A stretch of 44,597 nt of DNA from positions 1-44,597 of the forward strand of contig DATMTK010000049.1 in NCBI GenBank assembly GCA_035564755.1, written 5' to 3'. Source of the stretch: Devosia sp. GTDB lineage: Bacteria; Pseudomonadota; Alphaproteobacteria; Rhizobiales; Devosiaceae. Every line of letters begins with the position of its first letter. Position 1 is the stretch's first letter. The notes beneath the pieces are model-generated. The model had not been told where the DNA came from, did not search any database, and was given only the letters and a program-made list of their open reading frames with translations. The translations under genes and the position numbers were made by a program. This document shows, piece after piece, positions 38,242 through 44,597 of the stretch.

Positions 38242-38361
38242 ATGTGGTATTTCTCCTGGATACTCGGCGTCAGCCTCGCCTGCAGCTTCGGCATCCTCAA
38301 CGCGATGTGGTACGAGCTGCGTGAGCCCGAGCCGGCACCTGCGAAGGCGCGCGAGGACTGA
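38242..38361 (+). CDS. cydX: Cytochrome bd small subunit CydX (39 aa, absent from ORF track)
   Basis: MWYFSWILGVSLACSFGILNAMWYE directly after cydB; AAGGA RBS. Confidence 0.93.
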   Translation: MWYFSWILGVSLACSFGILNAMWYELREPEPAPAKARED

Positions 38362-38368
38362 TCGCCAA

Positions 38369-38398
38369 ATGCGGGCTGCGTCGGCGGCCCGCATCTTT
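38369..38398 (+). terminator. Probable intrinsic terminator of cydABX
   Basis: ATGCGGGCTGC-GTCG-GCGGCCCGCAT stem followed by CTTT. Confidence 0.6.
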
Positions 38399-38488
38399 CG
38401 TCGCCGTGCCTGACGCTGGGCTCCGGTCATGGTGCTGGTCAAGCCGCGAAGCTCCCTGGTTCAAGCCAACTCTGCACCATCGTTGCGC

Positions 38489-38502
38489 TTGACGGTGATC
38501 AA
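38489..38502 (+). promoter_or_regulatory. FixK/Fnr box for hemN
   Basis: TTGAC-GGTG-ATCAA; GATATT at 38524-38529 (21 nt gap). Confidence 0.9.
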
Positions 38503-38555
38503 AGCGCCCCGCTCTGCCCGGGCGATATTCGGCGTGAACAGGAGTCTTTGCGCCC

Positions 38556-39905
38556 ATGCAGGAACAGCTGATCCGTCGGCTCTCGGCGCCGGTCCCACGC
38601 TACACTAGCTATCCCACCGCGCCGCACTTCACCGAGGCCATCGACGAAACCGCCTACCGGCAGTGGCTCGCAGCCTTGCCGCGCCATACCGCTCTCTCGC
38701 TCTATCTCCACATTCCCTTTTGCGACCGTCTTTGCTGGTTCTGCGGTTGCAACACCAAGCAGGTGCTCCGGTACGAGCCGGTCGCGGCTTACCTCACCGC
38801 ATTGCATGCCGAGCTGCGCACCCTGAGCGTCGCGCTCCAGGGACGCGGGCGCGTCGCACAAATTCATCTCGGCGGCGGGTCGCCCTCGATGCTGCTGCCG
38901 GCCGACATGCGCCAGCTCGCCGGCACCCTCCGGCGGTTACTGGCGGTGGCCGATGACGTCGAGTTCAGCATCGAGGTCGACCCCAATGACATGACCCCCG
39001 ATCGCTACGATGCCTTCTTGGCAGCCGGCATCACGCGGGTCAGCATCGGCGTTCAGGATTTCGATCCGCTGGTGCAGCAGGCAATCAACCGGATCCAGAC
39101 CGTCGAACAGACCCGAGACGTCGTCGACGGCGTGCGCCGGAACGGCATTCGCTCCGTCAACATCGACGTCCTCTACGGGCTTCCGCACCAGACCACGACG
39201 TCGATCGACGGGACGCTCGAAGCGGTGCTGGAAATGTCCCCCGACCGCATCGCGCTGTTTGGTTATGCGCACGTCCCCTGGATGAGGGCGCACCAAAAGA
39301 TGATCGACGAGGCGGCCCTGCCCGATGTCGTCGAGCGGTACTACCAGTCACAGCATGCCACCGCGAAGCTCATCGCGGCAGGCTACGAGCCGGTGGGAAT
39401 GGATCATTTCGCGCGCCCCGGCGATCCCCTGGCCACTGCAGCCCGAGGCGGCCATCTGCATCGCAATTTCCAGGGCTATACGACCGACGACGCCCCAGCC
39501 CTGATTGGCCTTGGCGCCTCCGCGATCGGAACCCTGCCGCAGGGCTACGCCCAGAATGTCGTGCCGACCGCCGAATATGTGCGCCGCGCCGGCGCCGGCG
39601 AACTCCCGGTCGCGCGAGGCGTCGCACTGTCGCCGGACGACCGCGTACGGCGCCACGCCATCGAGCAGCTGATGTGCAACTTCGAGCTGCGCGTCTCCGA
39701 CCTGCACAACCGGTTCGGCCAGCTTTCGGACCCGATCGTGGAAGACATTCACATGCTCTACGCTCTCGACGGCGAGGCGCTCGTCACGTTCGACGGCGAC
39801 CGGCTCGCGCTGACGGAACGCGGCCGCCCCTTCGTTCGGGCAATCGCGTCGACCTTCGACGCCTATCTGGCTGCACGAGGGGCGCGACATTCCGTAGCCA
39901 TCTAG
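38556..39905 (+). CDS. hemN: Oxygen-independent coproporphyrinogen III oxidase
   Basis: PRYTSYPTA, LYLHIPFC-x3-C-x2-C radical-SAM motif, GMDHFA, RNFQGY. Confidence 0.97.
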   Translation: MQEQLIRRLSAPVPRYTSYPTAPHFTEAIDETAYRQWLAALPRHTALSLYLHIPFCDRLCWFCGCNTKQVLRYEPVAAYLTALHAELRTLSVALQGRGRVAQIHLGGGSPSMLLPADMRQLAGTLRRLLAVADDVEFSIEVDPNDMTPDRYDAFLAAGITRVSIGVQDFDPLVQQAINRIQTVEQTRDVVDGVRRNGIRSVNIDVLYGLPHQTTTSIDGTLEAVLEMSPDRIALFGYAHVPWMRAHQKMIDEAALPDVVERYYQSQHATAKLIAAGYEPVGMDHFARPGDPLATAARGGHLHRNFQGYTTDDAPALIGLGASAIGTLPQGYAQNVVPTAEYVRRAGAGELPVARGVALSPDDRVRRHAIEQLMCNFELRVSDLHNRFGQLSDPIVEDIHMLYALDGEALVTFDGDRLALTERGRPFVRAIASTFDAYLAARGARHSVAI

Positions 39906-40023
39906 GAAATCAGACCAAGCCCGGAACGCTCAGAGCCCACCCTTCAGGCATTCCGATCGACCCGACCCCGCGGTTGCGCTCTCGCCATCGCGACTGCTGC
40001 AAGGGCCGCACAGGCGAGAAACA

Positions 40024-40215
40024 TCATTTCTTTGGCTCGGGAGGCTCCTCTGGGGGCACCGGCAGGCTGGCCCGCGTTGCCTTGGGATCCCTGCCCATTT
40101 CCTCCTCGAGGAGCTTCTTCAAGACCGCCGCTCGATCGGGATCGGTCTCTCTCGCGATCCCTTCCCTCAGACGTCGAATATTCTCTTCATGAACGAACTT
40201 ATCGATAGGTGGCAT
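40024..40215 (-). CDS. Small hypothetical protein (63 aa)
   Basis: MPPIDKFVHEENIRRLREGIARETDPDRAAVLKKLLEEE...; helical-hairpin pattern that I recall from small rhizobial hypotheticals. Confidence 0.55.
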   Translation of the reverse strand: MPPIDKFVHEENIRRLREGIARETDPDRAAVLKKLLEEEMGRDPKATRASLPVPPEEPPEPKK

Positions 40216-40506
40216 GCCGCGTCCCCCGCGCTTGCCCAAAACACTCGGATAGTAAACATGAATTAAGTCCAGGATTGTGTCAGTGCACCTTAATTCCAAG
40301 GAATGGTTTGTCGCCCCTCAGCACAATCAAAGTCGCATCGATCTACACTTTCGTCTGTATTTACAAGAATTTGAGTCGCCAATCGCGTTGACAGGGTCGG
40401 CCTCATGCCCGCGACGATTACCCTGCCTCACTCCAGAGCTGGTCCCGGGCCCGCTGAGTTCTCGCCGGGTCGCTTCGCTTCACCTCGCCCGCAACACGGG
40501 CTTGTC

Positions 40507-41070
40507 TCAGCTCGCCGCAGCTTCGAGAGACTGCACGCCGCGGACGGTGACCTCCTTGACGAAAATCTCAGCGAATAGCCGAAGCTCGTTCCAGTCGGTC
40601 CATTCGTGGTCCCGACTGGTGTCAAATCGATTGCCGTCAACCAGCCCCAGAAGCCAGCGTGCGACCGCGTTGTGGCGAGTATAGAGCCGCGCCCCGGCAA
40701 CATGCTCCGTAAACAGCGGCGCCCAGCCCGTCTGGTTGGCCAGAGCCGCGGCATATCCCTGCGCTCGCTCCATATCACCCGGACGCAGGCCGGCTGCCGA
40801 CATCGACACCGACAAGAATGCGTTCGGGATCGCCGATACTTCCGACCGGTGCTCCCGAATGAACTTCACCAGTTGTCGCTGATACTGGCCCGCGTGAACG
40901 CGGCCGGCCAGGATAACGGCGTCATAGCCGGAGATTTTGATGTTCTGGGGCTCGTCGAGGATGTTGCGTACCGTAACGTCGACGCCATACTCACGCAGCT
41001 GATCGGCAACATATCTGGCGACCTTGCGGGTCTGCCCTTCCGACGTCCCATAAAGCACCATGATGTTCAT
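40507..41070 (-). CDS. hemG: Flavodoxin-fold protoporphyrinogen IX dehydrogenase (HemG-like)
   Basis: ATG 41070 with GGAGA RBS; LYGTSEGQTRKVA, YDAVILAG, AFLSVS, DTSRDHEWTDW. Confidence 0.8.
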   Translation of the reverse strand: MNIMVLYGTSEGQTRKVARYVADQLREYGVDVTVRNILDEPQNIKISGYDAVILAGRVHAGQYQRQLVKFIREHRSEVSAIPNAFLSVSMSAAGLRPGDMERAQGYAAALANQTGWAPLFTEHVAGARLYTRHNAVARWLLGLVDGNRFDTSRDHEWTDWNELRLFAEIFVKEVTVRGVQSLEAAAS

Positions 41071-41134
41071 GGTAGTCTCCTCTTCGCCAATCTCGAGCGT
41101 CCGGTCCCGGCGGATGATCCACTTCTCCACACCT

Positions 41135-41299
41135 TCAGGAGAGGTGCTGGAGGACGGCCGCGGCCGCACCAACCATCGCCGCGGAGCAAATCAGTGCTTC
41201 GAGGAGCAGCAGGTGAATGCGGTGCCGCTCAGCGGACTCGCTGATGACCCGCGAGCTGGTCGCGTGCCGAACGAGAAACGTATCTTGTGAGAGCCGCAT
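41135..41299 (-). CDS. 54-aa hypothetical protein with C-terminal hydrophobic helix
   Basis: GGAGA RBS 6 nt before ATG 41299; first gene after the FixK box 41354-41367. Confidence 0.55.
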   Translation of the reverse strand: MRLSQDTFLVRHATSSRVISESAERHRIHLLLLEALICSAAMVGAAAAVLQHLS

Positions 41300-41353
41300 G
41301 TCGGGTCTCCGTGAACTCTGCATGCAAGACTACAGGTCGACGCCGGCCGGGCC

Positions 41354-41367
41354 TTGATCCAGCGCAA
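41354..41367 (-). promoter_or_regulatory. FixK/Fnr box (variant half-site)
   Basis: TTGAT-CCAG-CGCAA; minus-strand TAGTCT at 41332-41327 (21 nt gap). Confidence 0.7.
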
Positions 41368-41501
41368 TCAGCGCGCCAGTGGCCGCGCCGGCCACACTCT
41401 TGTGATCGCCCACAGGCGCAATCGCATGAGCGGGACGGCCCAGGCACTCGACCAGCTTTTGTTCCATTGCCTAGCGCCGTCCTGAGTGGGAACCGCGGCT
41501 C

Positions 41502-42179
41502 TCAGTGATGTGGCGCCGAAGGTGAATGCTGTCGCAGCAGGGCGATGACCTCATCGTCGGTCACTTGGTCGAAGTCTTCGTAGAAGCGGCCAATCGCGTC
41601 CATGGTTGGCGGAGTTTCAAGGCACACCACATCGTCAACCTGCCGGCGCAGTTTCGCAATGACTTGGGCAGGTGCGACAGGAGTCGCCACGACGATGCGC
41701 TTTGCCCCGGTCCCGTGAAGCGCCTTCAACGCCGCTCGCATGGTCGTGCCCGTCGCGATCCCGTCATCGACGAGAATTGCCGTGGCGTGCTTCAGCGACA
41801 CCGGCAACCGGCCGGCCAGGTATTTGGCCCGGCGCCGCCTCGCCTCGGCCAGTTCCTCGCTACGGATAGCCGCGAACTCGGTCAAGGAAACGCCGGCCGT
41901 CGCCAGCACGTCATCGTTGGCCAGCGTGAATGGCGGGTCGGTATCTACCACCGCGCCCATCGCGAGCTCCGGTTGTGCCGGCACGCCGATCTTTCGGACA
42001 ATGATCAAATCGAGAGGGGCCTTCAGGACTCGCGCAATCTCGGCGGCTACCGGAACCCCGCCGCGTGGAAGAGCCAGGACCACGCACGCCTGGTCGCCGT
42101 ATTGCCGCAGGGCCTCCGCCAGCAAACGGCCGGCTTCGGTGCGATCGCGAAAGATCATCAAGGGACGTTCAAGAGACAT
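41502..42179 (-). CDS. Phosphoribosyltransferase family protein
   Basis: FRDRTEAGRLLA, LALPRGGVPVA, PRPP loop ILVDDGIATGTTM, FYEDFDQVTDDEV; start could be 42158. Confidence 0.92.
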   Translation of the reverse strand: MSLERPLMIFRDRTEAGRLLAEALRQYGDQACVVLALPRGGVPVAAEIARVLKAPLDLIIVRKIGVPAQPELAMGAVVDTDPPFTLANDDVLATAGVSLTEFAAIRSEELAEARRRRAKYLAGRLPVSLKHATAILVDDGIATGTTMRAALKALHGTGAKRIVVATPVAPAQVIAKLRRQVDDVVCLETPPTMDAIGRFYEDFDQVTDDEVIALLRQHSPSAPHH

Positions 42180-42365
42180 CGAACATGTTCTCGATCACTC
42201 GGACCGGACGTGCCTGCTTCTTCGCCCCGGTCTTCAACGGACGGCTTCGTACGGATTTGGCGACTGGCACACGCCGAAGGCGACCTCGACAAGGTGGACG
42301 CGTCCGCACTCGGCCGCCTGGCGGCCCCGGTCTCTTGTCCGGAGCCGAAGATCGTGAGTTTGCTG

Positions 42366-42887
42366 TCACGCCGCCTTGATCTCGACCTTCTTGACCGGCT
42401 TCTGTGCTTCGGCGGTCTTCGGCATGGTCACGGTTAACACTCCGTTCTTGAAAGACGCGTCGATCTTGCCGGAGTCGACGCCGTCCGGCATGGAGAATGA
42501 CCGTTCGAACGATCCGAAGCGGCGCTCCTGGAGGTAGTAGTCCTTGGACTTCTCCTCCTTGTGCTCCTGCTTCTCGCCCTTGATGACGATGTTGCCGTTG
42601 CGCAGCGTGACTTCGACATCCTTGACGTCGAGGCCCGGCAACTCGGCGGTGATCTCAAAGGCCTTGTCTTTCTCGGCGATGTCGACCGCCGGCGCGGTCC
42701 AGTCCGCCGTGCGGAACAGCGGCTGCATCGACCGGAACGGGCGTATCCAGTTGCCCTGCCCGAAGTCTTCGAACAGCCGATCGACCTCCTGGCGCAGATC
42801 GTCAAAGGGACGCCACGTCGCGGCGGCTGGAACAGGTGTGGATTTGGCTTCGGTCTTGATGGGAAGTTTAGTGGCAGTTTCGACCAT
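42366..42887 (-). CDS. Hsp20/alpha-crystallin small heat shock protein
   Basis: ATG 42887 with GGAGG RBS; PAVDIAE, AELPGL, ERRFGSFERSF, FKNGVLTVTMPK. Confidence 0.95.
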   Translation of the reverse strand: MVETATKLPIKTEAKSTPVPAAATWRPFDDLRQEVDRLFEDFGQGNWIRPFRSMQPLFRTADWTAPAVDIAEKDKAFEITAELPGLDVKDVEVTLRNGNIVIKGEKQEHKEEKSKDYYLQERRFGSFERSFSMPDGVDSGKIDASFKNGVLTVTMPKTAEAQKPVKKVEIKAA

Positions 42888-42943
42888 GATCAGGTCCTCC
42901 AGGATTTGACGGATCATGATAATCGCCGTGGCGACGTCCGAGT

Positions 42944-42957
42944 TTGACGTCGATCAA
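42944..42957 (-). promoter_or_regulatory. FixK/Fnr box for hsp20
   Basis: TTGAC-GTCG-ATCAA; minus-strand TATCAT at 42921-42916 (22 nt gap). Confidence 0.9.
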
Positions 42958-42985
42958 GAGCGCGCGCTGGCGGCCCGCTTCTCGC

Positions 42986-43147
42986 CGAGCTCCCGTGCCG
43001 GGTACCGTCCACGAGCTCATCGCACCCGCCGTCGGCGGTGTTGTGGCTCCTGGTGAGACCGTGACGAAGATTGTGCCGCAGGCGGACCGCCGTCTCCCCG
43101 CCGTCCGGCTTGGTCCGAGCGGCATTGATCGGGTTGTTGTCGGCCCC
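42986..43147 (+). pseudogene. Fragment of a HlyD/PrsE-type secretion adaptor gene
   Basis: RAPVPGTVHELIAPAVGGVVAPGETVTKIVPQAD...IDRVVVG matches the RAPVxGxV...GGVVxPGE...IVP...ID.V..G pattern of HlyD proteins; no proper start or end. Confidence 0.6.
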
Positions 43148-43149
43148 CC

Positions 43150-43163
43150 TTGATCTCAGTCAA
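43150..43163 (+). promoter_or_regulatory. FixK/Fnr box
   Basis: TTGAT-CTCA-GTCAA, 36 nt upstream of the first plausible ATG (43200). Confidence 0.82.
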
Positions 43164-43199
43164 GGATGGCTCGGCGGCGACGGTGCACAAGCGCTGCAA

Positions 43200-44405
43200 A
43201 TGTCGATGGTGATGAAGATGCAGAAGATCCTTCTACTCGCCTTGGCCGTGATGGCGTCTCTCGCGGCGGGTCCGGCGGTCGCCGATCAACAGGCGACGGT
43301 CTTCGGTGGCGATACTTATGTCGCCGGAGAGAATACGACGATTGCATCGTCGGTTGAACGCGATGCGTTTGGCGCCGGCAGCAACGTCGTGCTCTCTGCG
43401 CCCGTCACCCAGGATGCACATCTGGCGGGCTTCGCTGTGCAGTCGACCTCCGACATCGGCGGCAATCTCTATGCCTTCGGATTCAGCGTGTCGATCGGCG
43501 GGTCGGTAAAAGGTGATCTCACTGCCTTCGGCAATACGGTCAGCGTGCATACGACCCAGCCGGTCGGCGGCAATCTTCGGGTCGCGGGAGCGAACTTTAC
43601 TCTCGACGGCCAGACCAATGGATCGGCTTTGATCACGGCGGAGACGGCCACGATCAACGCTCCCATAAAGGGTGATCTCAGCTTCTTCGGCCGCTCGCTG
43701 AGCTTCGGGCCAAATGCGACAGTCTCCGGCCAGGTCCTGATCCACGCGCCAGCGTCGATCACCGTGCCCGCGAGCGTCGCGCCGGCCAGCCGGGTGACTT
43801 TTACGCAGCTCACATCTCCCGAGTACCCTTCCCAAGCGGGCCAAACGGCGGAAATGGTCGCCAAAGGCTTCTTGCTGACACTGTGGGCCGCAGCTTTGTG
43901 GTGGGTCCTGCTCATCGTTGGCGGGATCGCGTTCATTGTCTTCGGTCCTGGACTTGTCGACAAACTCGAAACGTTGAGCACGACGCGCCCGGTCCGGCGA
44001 TTTGGGTTGGGGTTGCTGGCCCTGGCCTGCACGATCGGCTTGGTTCCTGCCGTTGCGCTTACCGTGATCGGACTGCTCCTGGTTCCCTTCGTGCTCGTTG
44101 GCGTCGTGATCGCCTGCAGCCTCGCCTACATCGCCGGTGCCTATCTCATCGCTCTTGCGGTGGGTCGGCGGATGGCCCCCATCGCAACGACCGGGCCGAA
44201 GATTCTGGTCCTGGCCCTGGCGCTGGTTGTCGGTGGCGTCCTGGGGAGCATTCCATTCCTCGGTTGGCTCATTGGCCTTTGCGTCGCCACCTATGGCTTT
44301 GGCGTGATTGCCGCCCTCATCATGACGGGCTGGAGCTCGGACGACAGAACGCGCCTCCAGTCGCCGCCTGTTTCGCCGGTCGACGGAAAGCCGCAACCGG
44401 TGTAA
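43200..44405 (+). CDS. Exported beta-helix (bactofilin/polymer-forming-like) repeat protein with C-terminal multi-TM domain
   Basis: Signal peptide ending AVA-D; repeats such as IGGNLYAFG, VKGDLTAFG, VGGNLRVAG, IKGDLSFFG; several TM helices ending IPFLGWL; exact start among 43200-43218 uncertain. Confidence 0.75.
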   Translation: MSMVMKMQKILLLALAVMASLAAGPAVADQQATVFGGDTYVAGENTTIASSVERDAFGAGSNVVLSAPVTQDAHLAGFAVQSTSDIGGNLYAFGFSVSIGGSVKGDLTAFGNTVSVHTTQPVGGNLRVAGANFTLDGQTNGSALITAETATINAPIKGDLSFFGRSLSFGPNATVSGQVLIHAPASITVPASVAPASRVTFTQLTSPEYPSQAGQTAEMVAKGFLLTLWAAALWWVLLIVGGIAFIVFGPGLVDKLETLSTTRPVRRFGLGLLALACTIGLVPAVALTVIGLLLVPFVLVGVVIACSLAYIAGAYLIALAVGRRMAPIATTGPKILVLALALVVGGVLGSIPFLGWLIGLCVATYGFGVIAALIMTGWSSDDRTRLQSPPVSPVDGKPQPV

Positions 44406-44478
44406 GCACGGCATCGCGTCGCGCTGCCGAGCAGATCAACGTTCCGGATCATCAACACAAGATCGAAAGGTGCCGCCC

Positions 44479-44597
44479 ATGCCGAGCAAGCCCGGAGTCA
44501 TTCGCGATATCGTCGTGCAACTCACAGGATCATCCGAAGACGATTTCCGGCTGAGCGCAGCGGTCAGGATCGCCGAACAGTTCGATGCGCACCTGCT
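44479..44597 (+). CDS. Universal stress protein, 5' part (runs off window)
   Basis: AAAGG RBS; MPSKPGVIRDIVVQLTGSSEDDFRLSAAVRIAEQFDAHL is a typical USP N-terminus. Confidence 0.7.
   Translation, partial: MPSKPGVIRDIVVQLTGSSEDDFRLSAAVRIAEQFDAHL

Noticed and set aside
40255-40310. TTAA motifs as a possible CtrA site
   Set aside because: Spacing does not fit TTAA-N7-TTAA.
42169-42369. 66-aa basic ORF bridging hsp20 and the PRT gene
   Set aside because: Overlaps both neighbours neatly but is Arg/Pro-rich, crosses a GC hairpin (42322-42347) and has no motif; probably non-coding.
44426-44439. ATCAA half-site before the last USP
   Set aside because: Left half (GCCGA) does not match, so not counted as a box.
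1-44597. CRISPR array, tRNA/rRNA, transposase, integrase or prophage genes
   Set aside because: None seen by eye; the recurring 14-bp palindromes are dispersed operator sites, not an array. Mobility of the island cannot be judged because its edges lie outside the window.

Overview
GC-rich, gene-dense bacterial DNA, probably Alphaproteobacteria (Hyphomicrobiales-like; inferred from gene content, not proven). Almost the whole window is one low-oxygen/dormancy gene island built around its own regulator block fixL-fixJ-(fixT-like)-fixK (16761-20013). By eye I find 15 exact TTGA-N6-TCAA FixK/Fnr boxes and 4 near-matches, nearly all at the head of transcription units and many 21-22 nt upstream of a -10-like hexamer (class II geometry). 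Cargo: cytochrome bd (cydDC, cydABX), O2-independent haem synthesis (hemN, hemG-like), sugar uptake and central carbon genes (ABC sugar importer with fused ATPase-permease, ppsA, glk-like, class I aldolase, pfkB, Zn-ADH, SDR, acyl-CoA ligase/GNAT fusion), stress proteins (3 USP, 2 Hsp20, a groEL without groES, BON and CBS proteins), mgtA, a MacAB-type exporter, a phosphoribosyltransferase and two small aeRF1-related proteins. Less obvious items: a glucokinase homologue with its catalytic and glucose-binding residues replaced, small ORFs below the track cut-off behind their own FixK boxes, a likely leaderless cydD, decayed ftsH-like and hlyD-like remnants, and an orphan FixK box. No rRNA, tRNA, CRISPR or transposase was seen. 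All family calls are from motif recognition, not database searches.
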